Positions 1 to 13,300 are shown, numbered from the stretch's first letter. The stretch: 64,000 nucleotides of DNA from Candidatus Omnitrophota bacterium (GCA_020052955.1 JAGVOB010000004.1:12522-76521); one strand, 5' to 3'. The notes: a model not told the origin generated them from the letters alone. Numbers and translations are program-made.

Positions 1-927
1 TATGGTCTAGAGGATATTTTTGAGATTTCATATGATAAACCAAGGCATACTATCACCGTTAGTCTACAAAATGAAAATCCAAAACCTGCTAAAGGCGGCT
101 CGATATTCCTGACGCCAAAGCATCTTCCAAAGGCATTTTTGGAGACCCCAGCAATCTTCCTTATGACATACGGATTGCTGGAGCTCCCGATAGCGGCTAA
201 CCTCTTAGGTATAGCAGGCGTTCCCTATGCGGTTAGTATTGGATACCTAGTTGCTCACGCTATAGGGGTGCTTCTTGACGCGCGCAGGGAAGGCCATAGC
301 GGATGGAAAGAAGCCCTGCAAACACTTAATCCGTTTAACAGGCCGGAGGTGTATATATTAACAATCCTGACAGGTTTTATAGGATATATGGTAGTGGCAT
401 TCGGCTGGGTAAGCCCGATAACATTAAGCGCGATTGCCGTCCTGACAGGTATCCACTGGCTGATTAACAGGTATTTCTACCCCAAAGAGGTGCGCTCATT
501 ATTCGGCAGGCTGGTTGAGATAGAGGCAAGGCTAAAGAATGATATGACTGATGAGGCGCTTAGCCAGATATCCGATATATTTAACGACATAGGCAATGAC
601 AAGGTAAAGACAGAAACGCTGAAGAAACTCCTGATAACGCGTAGCGGCGCCCTAAATGAGACCTTTGAATCAACAAGCAAGATAATGGCATTGGCTTATA
701 TGCTTTATGAAAATAAAACAGATGAAGCTGCTGCATTTGCGCAACAGCACAATTTAGCAGGCCTTGCTGCACAAGATAGTATAAACTCTATAGTAGATGC
801 TATAAGAGATGCATTGAAAGAAAAAACAGGCTTGGCTGCTGTATCATTGCAAGCTACTCCCGATACAACAACGGCTTCCACCACCATAACACTTAAGAAT
901 TTATTGACTGAACTCACCCAGAAGTAA
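1..927 (+). CDS. 3' end of an upstream paralogous giant membrane protein gene (partial, truncated by window start)
   Basis: Reading frame 1 is open from nt 1 through the TAA at 925-927 (the ATG at 139 is internal). Two TM segments are followed by a helical tail ending ...TTITLKNLLTELTQK*, which resembles the C-terminus of the 20,408-aa ORF (...TTIPRTQTLRELLIEFKQL*). The sequence TAACCGTATCATTTTT at and after the stop is identical to that after the giant ORF. Confidence 0.6.
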   Translation, partial: YGLEDIFEISYDKPRHTITVSLQNENPKPAKGGSIFLTPKHLPKAFLETPAIFLMTYGLLELPIAANLLGIAGVPYAVSIGYLVAHAIGVLLDARREGHSGWKEALQTLNPFNRPEVYILTILTGFIGYMVVAFGWVSPITLSAIAVLTGIHWLINRYFYPKEVRSLFGRLVEIEARLKNDMTDEALSQISDIFNDIGNDKVKTETLKKLLITRSGALNETFESTSKIMALAYMLYENKTDEAAAFAQQHNLAGLAAQDSINSIVDAIRDALKEKTGLAAVSLQATPDTTTASTTITLKNLLTELTQK

Positions 928-950
928 CCGTATCATTTTTTGTGTAACTA
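925..950 (+). other. conserved stop-codon context / 3' flank element (copy 1): TAACCGTATCATTTTTTGTGTAAC
   Basis: Near-identical to 62583-62608 (TAACCGTATCATTTTTAATGTAAC) following the giant ORF stop. Conserved across tandem paralogs. Confidence 0.5.
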
Positions 951-1207
951 TTTATAAAATAATATGTTATATAACAAGATGAGTCTAGGGTATCAGATTT
1001 AATTTTTCCTATACTTTTATTTTTAGAAAGGTCTGATTTTGTTTCTAACATTCAGAAAAACGGGGAAATTAATTAACGCTTCCCGGCAGAGCAACCACAT
1101 AATAATGAATGTATTATGCTTACTTGTAAAATCAAACAAAATTTAGATAATTGATCCTTGTATTTTTATGGAGACAGGATATAATTATAGTATGAAAACC
1201 TTAATGG

Positions 1208-1235
1208 TTGTCAATTTTTTTTGGTACTTTATACT
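1208..1235 (+). promoter_or_regulatory. candidate sigma70-type promoter for the giant gene (TTGTCA - 16 nt - TATACT)
   Basis: TTGTCA at 1208-1213 and TATACT at 1230-1235 in an AT-rich intergenic region about 120 nt upstream of the ATG. Sequence-pattern match only. Confidence 0.3.
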
Positions 1236-1314
1236 GATCTTTACAATTAATTTAAAAAGTTTTCGCGATTGCTTTGAAATTATAAAAATGCAAAATGATA
1301 TATAAACCGCAGCA

Positions 1315-1351
1315 ACGAGTAGAATTTTGATATATAAAAACTCGTAAGGGA
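1315..1351 (+). promoter_or_regulatory. 5' leader hairpin (ACGAGT...ACTCGT, 19-nt loop) abutting the RBS AAGGG
   Basis: Inverted repeat 1315-1320 / 1340-1345 immediately upstream of AAGGG (1346-1350). Possible translational control element; weak. Confidence 0.2.
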
Positions 1352-1358
1352 AACCAAA

Positions 1359-4300
1359 ATGGTAGACTGGCAGACAGGCGGTAAAAAAATGTGGATTAGA
1401 CTAATAGCCTTGGTTATAGCCGAGGTTTTTTTATTTACATCGATAGACCTGCCGTTTAGTAATTCTAACGCATATGCGTCTCCCCAGGAAAAACTTGTTC
1501 CCCCCATGCTCACAGGCAAATCCAAGGCCGACTCCCAAAGAGCAAGAGAAAATGAAATTATAGAAGGTCTGCTTCCATATCTTTTGAGAGACTTGAGGCA
1601 GCTTTATCCGGACGAATCTGCCCAGCAGATAATGTTAAGGGTACATAAACAATATAGCGATAGGATTACATGGTTTTCGGTTATGGGAATGACTGAAGAT
1701 AAACTGGGTCAGCCGGGGCATACCTATGCCTTTTCAATAGATAATAAAAAGGAGCCGGCACATTTTATAAGCGTTACCGTAACAGATGGTGCGACAAAAC
1801 TCCAGCCTTTGGATAAGATAAGTTTTGTAGATGATATAAGAAATAACAGAATCCGCCCCATCTCATTCTCTAATTTACCGATAACTGTTGCAGAGGTATT
1901 TGAGGTTCAAGGGGCCGGAGAAGGCGGGGGAAAAGAATTAAATATTGTTAAACTAGACAGTACAGACTTACTGTCTAAGGCAGCGGGGCTTTCGGGCTTG
2001 CTAATTGGTTACAGCGCAGGAGAGGGTAATATTGTATGGCGCATAGTCCTTGGGCTCGATGGTGTTTTCCTGCCAGGCCCGGGCACTATTATAAAACTTT
2101 CTCAGATAAATGACCTGGCTCAGATACTCCAAGCCCTAAAGGGCGGAACTGGACTTCCACAGGCAGATTTAGAGTTAACCCCGGAGAGATTAAAGTTAAT
2201 CCCTGCTATAACAGCTCCAGGCGCTCCTCAATTCCAATTAGTAAGAGCCGCAGCCACTAAAGAGGATGCCTCAATCACAGATAAACCCTTACGGGTATAT
2301 GTCTCAGAAGTTAATGTTGCAAAAGAGCCAGATATAAAGACACATCCGCCTACGGGGCCTCCGACAGGCTCCCTTGGCTTGTCTGCCATTATTCATCAAG
2401 CACCTATCACAGTAACCGTTTCCCAAATAACACCCCCTACCACAAGTAAAGTCCAAGTAGCTAAAGTAGAACAACCTGTAACTCCGCCCGCCGAAGAAGA
2501 AACCGCTCAGACACAAGAATTAGCCGAGACAATAGCAAGCCTTCAAAGACAGCTTGACCTTGCAAACCTCCTTCTTTTTACTCCATATCCTTCCAAAATA
2601 ATTTCTGCGCTTAGTGAAGCAATTAGGGTTGCAGAAGATGCGCTTAATAAACCAACACCTGATTTAGAGTCTCTAAGAGTGGCTGAGCTATACCTTAGTA
2701 GTGCTATAAATGAAGCCGTTATGACAGAGCCGATATCATACGTTTCTAGCTTACCGCAAGCCACAACACCACCCAGCGTAATTCCTCCGCCAACAGCAAC
2801 CTCCGCCTCTGTTACGCCCGAGCTGCTACAGGTAGCAGTAATTGAACCAACCAAAGGTGCGGTTGTAATGCCAAGGGTAGGACAATTGGCTGTTAAATTA
2901 GCGGCACTTGAGCCAGCAGGCGCTGCGGGAGAAGTTATAGTTACGGGAACAACGAGCAGTGTTTCTTCAGCCGCACCATCAACAGCAGCGGTTCAGCCTC
3001 TAAGAGCGGAGAAAGAATTAAGGGTTTCTGCTCCTGCCGTACCGTCTTCTATCAGTCCAGCCACTCAAATATTAGAGATTGTGATAAGGGCGCGGGCGTT
3101 ACTTACCAAAGCCAACAAAGAAAATGTTGTGAGCTTGTTAAAACAAACTGATATCCAAATATTAAAAGCCGCCCAGACAGAACTCGTAGATATAATAGGT
3201 ATCCAACCGACAGAAATTATGGCAACAGATGCTATAAGAATTGTTAAATTTACGGGGGTTCAACTTTATTACCAAAACGGAATGCCATATCTGACAGAGG
3301 TTATTGGAAAACTGCAGATTTATGATGCCCAATTTGAGAAGTTGTTTAGACAGTTAGCGGCCATAAGAGCGAGCGAAACAGTAGAGATAAGAGGCGCGAT
3401 AGAAAAAGTTCAATTGGCAAAATGGCAGTTTATAACAAAGGTTGTGCAGGAAGCGATTATTTTAAGAGAGCCAAGCGCGGCTATATCTACGGCACATATT
3501 TCCCCGGCAGTAACTTCAGCTGGCACTGCTGGGGCTAGTTTACCTTCAGTGCAAGGTCCAAAGGTAGTTGCTCTGGCAGAAAAACAATCTACAAGAGCTG
3601 TTGCAACTACAACAGGACAAGCAATGGCTACTACCGGCGTAACCAAACCTATAGTTGCTTCTGCTTCGCTTCCCACTGCGAGATCGACAACACTCGGACC
3701 GGCTGTGCGAACAGCTAAGGTAGCTAGTACATCTATCGCAATACCTGAAGTTGCGCCAACGATAGCACCTGCAGTCGTTCCGCAAGTTAAACCATCCAAA
3801 ACTACAGCCACCGCTACTGCTGCCGCAGTTCAGCCAACCACCAAAGGTATTTTTATACCCGAGTCCATTAAAAGGATTATAGTTACAGTTTCCCTGCTGG
3901 GAGTTTTGATTTTACTGCAAAATATACTTCCTTTACCCGGATTAGACAAGCTTGGAATGGGTATAGGCAGTATGTTTGGAATGAAGAGTGGGATATTTGG
4001 CCTTGGTCTTCAGCCTTATATCATCGCTTCTTCCTTGGTTCAAGTAGGTGCCGCCTTTATCCCTGCCCTTAAGAAATATGCGGAACTCGGCAAAAGCGGA
4101 CAGGCGAAACTGGCCGGGTACACTATGATACTTACGCCTATTATTGCGCTATTTTTAGGATTCTCTAATTTAGCTTCTATTGGTGGTATGTTTGCAATTG
4201 GTGGACTGACTATTTCAGGCCCGTTATTTTTAATATTAGCAGTTTTGGGTATGTCTCTTGGTTCGTTCTTGATAGCATTTGTCGGGGAAAGGATAACCAA

Positions 4301-7300
4301 GCATGGTTTGGGTCAGGGCACAACACTTATTATATTTACAAGTATATTAACCTCAATCCTTACCTCAGGGGCATCTGTTTTAAGCGGGGTTTCTGCGCTT
4401 CACATTTTCTCCATTTTAGCGCTAGGTGTAGTAGCAATTGTTTTACATGTCGTTACATTTAAGATACCACTTAAATTTGTAAGCAACATTAAAGAGGTAA
4501 AAGGGGAACTTCCTCTTAGAATGAACTACACAGGCACAAATGCCATTATGATAAGCTCTATGTTAGCGTCGCTTTTAGGCGCTGCTATGGGCGGTTGGCA
4601 GGGTATACTTATAAACAGCATAGCCATACTGGCTATGACAATTTTTACCACATACAGCACATTTACTCCTGATAAGTTGAGCAAAAACCTAAGTGCTCTC
4701 GGCGTCCAAGTGCCGGGAGTAGACGAGAGTAAATTAGGAAGTTATATATGGCGAAAAAGACTTTTATGGATAACGATACTGGGCGGCGTGGCTGTGGTGT
4801 TACTCGCTGGCTTACCAGGTCTTATATTAAACGGATTTAATCCCGCGCAGGCAGGTCCTGCAGGAATGGGTGCGATATTCGGAGGAAGTACGTTATTGTT
4901 GTTGGCGAATGCGCTGGTTGAGGTTTGGAATAATATAAGATATGCAGGGGCAAAGGGAGAAGCGCGAGGAGAGATTCAGCTGGCAGCAAAAGTCCAGAAG
5001 AAACCTATTATAAAAGTAGCAGGGTTTACCATTAAACAGATTTTGCCTTTTGGTATAACAGTTGCAAGTTTAGCAGGGATAGTTCTATTAAGTAATTATC
5101 TTGCCACAATAGGCGCTCTTATCGCGTTTATGTCAGGTATCTCTGTATTCGTTGTAATGGCGGCTATAATTAGTGCAATAGGTTATGGCGTGTATCTTAT
5201 AAGAAAGCATCAAATAGATTTTAATAAGTCTGTGGAGTTTTTAGGTGAGCTTACAGCGGGCCCAGCGTTTTTAATAGAAAACAGGGTTAAAGATTTTATG
5301 AATGAAGCGGAGACTGCCGCTAACCTGCCAGAAAATAGCAGATTTATTGAACAGTATGTAGAAGCACATAGAGGCGTTGCCGAAGAGCTTATCTTAAGAG
5401 AGCGCGCCAAGACAGAGATTATGAGACAATATATCGTTAAAAAGACGCACGAACAGTTATTATCTGATAAAACCGCAAGCTATGAAGAGGCTGATGCGCA
5501 TCTAGGGAAAATAAGGATAGATGCCATTGCCTTAGGCATTACCGCAATACAGTTATACAGGAGACGCGTTTCGGGTGAGACCAGGCTAGAGGCAGATAAG
5601 CTTACAGGCGCCAAAAGGATTATAAGGGAAAATCCCGTAGCCGATTTTACAATTCATAGAAATCAGATATTCGGCATATGGTTTTTGACTGAGATTAAAC
5701 ACTTTAGGGGCAGATTTATGACATATTTAGTAAGGATATTGAGTCCGTTCCTTCCTGAGGAGGCAATGGCAAAGATTAAGGGGTATGCCGTACAGGTTCC
5801 CACAGGTGAAGGTAAAAAGGAAATGGTTGGAATTGCCGCATATGTAATGTCAAGGGCGAACAAGGGAGTGCTTTTGGCAACGCATGCGCCGGACCTTGTA
5901 TATGAACAGGCAGTGGATATGGGCGATATATTTGCCTCGTGGCTTGATACGTCAGTTGGCGCAGTAGGCATACCAAACGAACAGGGAGAACAGACGTATT
6001 ATACCTTCAAATATGATTCAGATATGAATGAGGTAGAGGTAAGGCATGAAAAAGAGACGGCCAAATTTATACCTGCATATGCGTGCGGCGCTACATACGG
6101 CACGATGTCAGCATTTAACTTTCATAAACAGTTAGAAAGGATGGGTAGAGAAATTAGAAGAATTTATTCTGCCATACTAGATGAGATAGACGAGATTTTG
6201 CTTATGCAGGGCGTAAACCCTCACATCATATCTAAAGGCGATAAGGATCCGTTTGTAGAATTGGTTAATCAGCATATGGAAGACATTCTTAAGGTTATCT
6301 CCAGATTAGAAGCCGGAGAGCTTATATATGAACAAGGCCGGGTGCAGTTGGTTAATGCAGGACGCATAGAGGAGATTCTTAAGGATAAAGCGCACTCAAG
6401 AGAGGTAGCGGCAATATTTAACGACTATAGAATCGCAAGCTTTATAATAGGACGCCTGGTTAAGGAGTTAGCTGATAATCCGGATAATTACACCGTTGAC
6501 GAAGAAACAAGAAGAGCAACATTAACAGATAATGCAAAGGAATATATCAAAGAGTTTCTCGGAATTCCCGATGATAAGAATCTAAATGAATGTCCGGCGC
6601 TTGCGCATTTTGTGTGGGCTGCAATGAACGTTCAATTTAACTGCAGAAGGACTACGAAAGAATTAAGCGATTTATTTATGGTTATCTCCCAATTAAGAAA
6701 GGGAGATGTTAGATTTGACGCGGCTTCTGGAAAGGCGAGTTTTGCTGATCAGGGAATTATAGAGAAGATACTACGAGACGAGGAGCGCGTAATGGCTGTA
6801 TCCAGCGTACTTAGCGATCCGACACGCCACATAATAGGTTATTTAATAGGAGAGATGCGGAAAGATAAAACCAATTTTGTTCTTAAAGATGGAAAACCAG
6901 CGTTAAGCGATAAAGGAAGTAGATATATAAAAGAATTCCTTGGAATTCCCGAAGAAGCAAATCTTAAAGATTATCCCAGTCTTTCAAGCTTGATAGAAAA
7001 AGCATCTGATTTTAGCGCTAAGCCGAATGTTTCTATAGAATATGGTCTGGTTGAGATTAAGGATGATAAGAGTAATATAATAGGTTATGACGTAGTAGGT
7101 TATAACTCATCAACAGGCCAGTGGATGATAGGCCAGACCTATACCGACATACATCAGGCTATGGTTATTAAGGAGTTGTTTGCTGAGGTAAATAAGGGCG
7201 TAAGAGGCAAGATACGCTTTGTGGCAGAAAATGAGGCTATAAGCCAGCAGATGAACCAGTTATTCCTTAAGGATTGTTATCATGAGGCGGGAACATCGGC

Positions 7301-10300
7301 GACTTTAGAAAGAGAGGCTGTAAGGAGAGAATGGGAGACTTTAGGCCTTTTGGTCAGGAGTCTTTCTAAGGATAGGGCACCTGCCGTTGTAAATTTAGGG
7401 GTTGATGTATATTTGACTCGCGAAGAAAAGGCCCAGCCTATTACTAGGACAATAGCCGATAACGGTCAAAGAATTTCCGGAACCCTCATAGGTGTTTTTA
7501 CGGACCAGGGGGTTAATTGGGCAAGATATACTCTTGCGCGCCAGTTGCGCGAAGAGGGTTTTGAGGTTTATATAATTGACCAGCATACAACACCGGAAGA
7601 GATTAAGATGGCTAAGGGAAAGGCTAAGGATTTAAAACATAATCCAGACCCAAAATGTATTTTCATCATGAACCCAAGAGGAAACCGCGGGGTCAACCTG
7701 GCCGGTACTGTCCCGGATCTGCTATGTATAGCAGCAGAGATACCCGACACTAAAGACGCCCTTATACAGTTACTCGGCCGTATCGGAAGGCAGGGCGTCC
7801 AATGTTTTGTAAAGGAGATATATTCCCTTAGCGATAGTGATTTGTTCAAGGAGCATAACAGAGACCTGTATAATAAATTTGTTAAAAGCGGCATGACAGG
7901 AGAGATTACAGGCAGGAGAAGGGATAGCGTTCTAAAAGGTATAGAGAGTGCGCAGGAGATAATGGCATTAAGGCAGTCCGGCTCGCGTATAGACCTCGGC
8001 AGGTTCTATGGGTTGGTTCATGAGACATCCCAGAGAAGATTCGCCATGGAGGAGGGTATAGGAAGGCGTTCTACAGGGGATTTGAGGAAATATATATTAG
8101 GTTTAATTGAAGAGGATATGAAGCCCGAGGTTAAGCTTAATATTTTAATTCTCTTAAGCCTCCTCAGCGAGGAAACAAAAGGGGCTGTTGTAAGTATTAT
8201 AGATGAAGCGATTATGAACGAGTGGAGTAAATATCTTTCAGGAATCCAAGACCTGATGAAAAAGATTCAACTTGCCCAGTTTAAAGGAAAAGATCCCTTT
8301 GGAGAGTTTGCTCTTGGAGCTGCGAGATTAAGAGATAGTTTTAAAAGAGAGGCTGCCCGCAATATTGTAATGGCTTTAGCAAGCGTACATCCAAAAACCC
8401 TTTTAGAGATAAAACAGAGATTAGATGAAGAAAAGAGGATAGAGAGGGAAGCGGCTGCCTATTTTGGGGAAAGGCAGGTTGCATCTGAAGGAATAACTTT
8501 TGCGCTTGAGCCTGCTATAACAGAGGAAAGAGTATTTAGTGCCGCCGGCATCCTTAAGGATTTAACATCTCTAGCGCTTGATAAATCAAGGGCACCACAG
8601 ACAGGGATGCTCCATATTAAAGTGGGCGATGCAGAATTTATCCAGATAGGAGGGCACCTGCAGCATGGTGCAAATGCACCTGTTGAGGTAGTCTCATATG
8701 GACAAAACGGCGATACAACAAGGCCTGTTATAATAGTAAAGCTGAATCGTCCGGAAGATGTGGATAGAAAATTTTTAGAAGATTTTCTGATTCCCGATTT
8801 ACGTATGAAAATTTCTCCTAATGCAAGGGTTATATTTGTGTATTCCGGAAGCGAGAAGGAATTTAAGGCAAAGAGATATGAGATAGCGAGGGTTTATTCG
8901 CTGGTAAACTCTATCTCCAAAAAACATACAAAACAGGCAATCACCGGTTATATATGGGACAAAACAAATGAATCTCCAGCGCTTGAGCAGATAACGCCTT
9001 ATGTTATTCCTGTTTTCGATAAACTTGCCCACTGGCTGTCAAGGCTTAAGACACGAGCTCCAACGAGAGAACAGCTTAAATATAATTTTGTTCAGGTTTT
9101 AAAGTCTATTAATAGGGAAAACATAAAAGAATTAATTACAAATATCACGACTTTCAGATGGCAGGATATAAATTCTCAGAGTTTATTTAAAGTCTTTGCT
9201 CCCTCCTTAATGGTTTTAGGTGCAGTATTGCTCCCGTTAAAAGTATGGCTCTCGGGAGCTGGTATATCCGGGATAGAGGCCTTAATTACACCCAAACCTG
9301 TCTTGACTCAACAGGCACAATATGCAGGGCAGAGTGCAGGGTTAAGCCCTGATGAAAGAAATGAGATTGCACAGGTTCCCGTAGGGCAGCAGGTTGCTCA
9401 AGAATCCGCAGTACCTCAAGCGGTTGTCAGGGCAGAGCAAGCGCCTGCTGTAGCGCCTCAAGAAACAACCGCTGAACAGGCTAAGCCCAGCATATTCCAG
9501 CAAGCTTGGGCTGGCATAACAGGTCTATTCGCTTTTACAAAGCAACCCACTCAAAGAACTCAAGAAACTCAATATACTCAAATTGGTTTACCCAGCGCGC
9601 CTTATCAAGAGGTTACAGTCGGCTCACCACCTCCACCACCTCCGGAAAAACTAAATCCATTCCAGCAGTTCTGGTCTTTTGTGACAACCTCTTTTAGCAC
9701 TAATACTAATATTGCTTCTGCCTACACAGGCGTACCTCAGGTTGAAACATATACGCGTGATTTGTTACCATGGGTCATATTTTTTGGCATATTTGGTAGC
9801 ATTCTTGGTGTAAGAAAAAGAGATTTAATTGGAAATTTCCTGCGCAATGGATTAACCAATATTCCTGGCTTTATCAAGATAGCAGTCCCTGTCCTTATAG
9901 TTATGTTTTTATTATCAAATTCTACGCCAACACAATCAGTAATTGCACCGCCCCCAGCCAAAGAAACAGTTGTGCCTGTTATTATACCTACTGTAGAGCC
10001 CATAAAAAATATGGCGGAACTGCCCGCTAAGATTGATGAATTTTACACTTCCACTGAGATTTCAAATTTATTACTTCCGCCCGCACTAATATCTCTACAA
10101 AATGTAGGTAATTTCTTAAAAGTGCTCGGAGGTACTTCTCTAAAAACTCCAGAGGAAATAGTTGCCCTTAAGCAGGCGCAATATCAGAGAGCCACAGGAA
10201 AGACAATGAGTGAAAGTAACCGAAGCCTTCTACTTGAGTTTGAAAGTAAGAGGAACGACCCAGCTTCTTCGCCCGAGGAGGTATTTCAGCTATACAGTAG

Positions 10301-13300
10301 AATCGCAGGGAATCCAGAAATTGTATTTGACTATGGAAGCAGTATGGCTATTTGGGTCGAATTTAGAGAGAGTTTAAACTCGCCGGATAGTGCGAAGATA
10401 AAAGTTCTTTTAAATTCAATTTTATCCATTCCTCAGTTAAGGGATTTTATAAATAAGAAAGACCCAGCCCTTATCAAAGATTTAGAGCTTGCCCAGAGGG
10501 TTCTTTCGGGAGAGGTAAAACTTACCCCTGAGGTATGTGAGGTATTAGAGCAACTCGGCGCTAAGCTCACCGATTTAGGGAGAGATAAAGATAATCATGA
10601 AGAATTACTCAGAATTGATAATGAATTAAATCAGGTTATTCTGGATACTTCAAACCAACTGTTAAGCAATATATCTGAGGAAGAGTTGGAGAATTGGTTT
10701 AAGGAGAGAGGAATTACTATTTTGTGGGATGTAAAGGAAGAAGAAAAGCAATTCAGTAAACTTTATTTAGCTACATTAATATCACTTTTCTCCCTGTCAC
10801 AGATTCCGCCAGAGAGATACAGGGACTTGAATATAAGGATTTCTAATGATAGCTTTGCCTACAACTTTAAGACCGATACCATGGAATTTAACTTTCAAGA
10901 TACATTTGAAGGCTGGTATCCGATAAGAAGCGGTTTAATTGATTCAAGGACCACATTAGTTCATGAGATTTCTCATCGCTGGGACCTTAAATATCTGTCT
11001 GAAGACCTAAGAGCCCAGTTTTATAATATCAGCTGGGACTTTGAGCAGGTAAAGCAAAGACAAAGAGAAAGGGATGAAGCAACTGAGAAAGGGGAGAGGG
11101 TTATAATTTTGGACAGCACGAGAGAAGACGCGAATTTAGACAGGGATTTTCTGTGGGGGCACATTGTTCAAGGAGAACTTTCAAGTGGGATGGCAGTTGA
11201 AGACATAGCAAGAACAGTACAGGTCTTATATACAAATCCCTCTTTTGCTGTTAATAATGCTATTGATAACATAACTGAGTATGGAGACCCTGATTTAGCC
11301 CAGAAGATATTTTTCGCTTATGGGTTTTATGGGAGTGTCTCCAACAATGAAATATGGATAATACGCAGTGATGGCGCACCAGTTAATGAGGATGATGGCG
11401 TATATGTTTTTAAGCGAGATGGCAAGGTGTTTGAGGTAAAGATTGAAAATGGCGTAGCTGCAAAACCGCGCGAATTACCCGCTGATTTTAACCCAAATCC
11501 TTTCATACAGAAGTTATTTTCTCAAGCAACACCTCCAAAGCAATTTAGTCTATTGGATGTTATCACGGTCCGTGGCGCCTCTGCGTATACAGGCACAGGG
11601 CAGACAGGAATATTTACGCCTGATGTTCTTGGGTTAGTTGTATTCTTAGGTATATTTGGCGGTATTATTGGCATAAGAAAAAGAGATTTAATTTTTGATT
11701 TTCTACGTCGTGGCTTATCTAATATTCCACGTATCTCGCCACGTCTTGTTATAACTATGCTGGTTCTGTTGCTTGTAGCTACCTCTTGTGCACCGGCACC
11801 AACCGGGGGAAATCCTCGGTCAATAGCAACTTTGGCTCCCCCATATGAAGTAACCGAGACATTAATACCACCTGTTAAAGCTACACCACTTCCAACCGCT
11901 ACACCTTATGCAACAGTAGGGGATTATTTATCCAAAAAAGGTTTACCCGGCACTGTTTCTGAAGCTGAACTATCAAGATTTACGAGCCAGTTATTTGAAA
12001 AGCTTCTTGAGGATATGTATAAGGAAGGAACGCTTCCAAAAGTAGCAGGTTACGAAAAGGTATATACAGAGTTTATTCAGACATTGCGTAAACCCGGCGC
12101 TGTTAAGGTTTCTCCAGATACAAATGTTTTCTATTATATTAACCTTCACTCAGAATTACTTAGTAACGGTGTAATAGCGACAGATATACTTGTAAATAGA
12201 GGTATTATCAGTCCCGATTTTCCGCTTGATTTATTAAAGGATACCTTAAGACATGAATTTGTGCATTTTGTAAATAAAGACCTTACAAGAACCAAACTTG
12301 TGCTTAATGAAAGACTGAGAGAAGCTCTTATAAAGGCATACTCATTGCCGATACCTCAGGATAAAGATAAGGACCCGGACGATAGAGGAATGTATTTATA
12401 TAATAATTTTATTGAGGTACTCAAAAAGGACCAGAATCTGAGAGAAGATATAAAACGCCTGATAGCGGTATTTGTAGAAGACGAATACCTTGCATATGTT
12501 CAGGAGGCAAAATATACGAAAGTGTTGAGTAGTTTGCATCCAGAGTTGCGTATGCACGGTTTCTTTAATCCTGATGGCACAGTAAGGGATGAGATGGGTT
12601 TAAGGCTATGGATACTTGAGAGAACCATCCCGTCTATAAATCCGCACCTTCATCAGTTAGCAAATGAGATAGAAAGAATAGAAGGCAGGGCAGATTACTA
12701 TCCAGTTCCTGCTGGCGAGAAGCCTTACCGAAGATATAGCTTTAGAGCAGCCCATCCCCTAACAGGAAAAGAAGTAATTATTTCTTACCCTCTTATTATA
12801 CCAAAGGTTCTAATCAAGGAAGAAGTAGGCGGTGTTAAAACAGCACTTGGTCTTCCAGAGGAGATATTCGGAGAGGTTGCTCCATATTTTAGAAGAGAAC
12901 AATTAAGAGGAAACTATTTTGAATATCTTAAGAATAAGACTTATAAGGATTACAGAATTCTAGCTCCAAAACCAACCTCTATGTTACCACAGGATACCCT
13001 TATTAGCTTTGCCGGAGATTTAGTTACAGGCTTCCTTACGGCTAATGCCGTCCAGGCCGCAGGCCCAACACTGACCTCGACTAAAGCAGAAGTTGATATT
13101 CCAGGCCTCTTGCTTGTAGGCGGTGCCTCCTTGTTAATAGCCATATTTGCAGTTGCAGTAGCAAGGCCCTTGGGCGGTATGTTTAAGTTTGTATTCAATC
13201 CCCTGCCGTTATTGGTTATCTTAGCAGGAATCCTGCTTGCATATTTAGCGTCTACCGCTACTGTTTATCCTGCAACCCTTACCCCGGAGCAGGCAGATAA

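Noticed and set aside
139-927. Treating ORF 139..927 as a complete 262-aa gene starting at ATG 139
   Set aside because: The same frame is open from nt 1 with no upstream stop or RBS at 139. Its tail and 3' flank match the end of the giant ORF, so it is the truncated 3' end of a larger upstream gene.
1082-1120. Weak inverted repeat GGGAA...TTCCC after the upstream gene as a rho-independent terminator
   Set aside because: The stem is only about 5 bp with mismatches and there is no following T-run; not convincing.
928-1358. tRNA/rRNA or mobile element in the AT-rich intergenic spacers (928-1358, 62586-63081)
   Set aside because: I could not see a cloverleaf-compatible sequence or rRNA-like conserved blocks. 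The spacers look like promoter/leader DNA. Only the GC-rich island at 62690-62870 is flagged, with low confidence.
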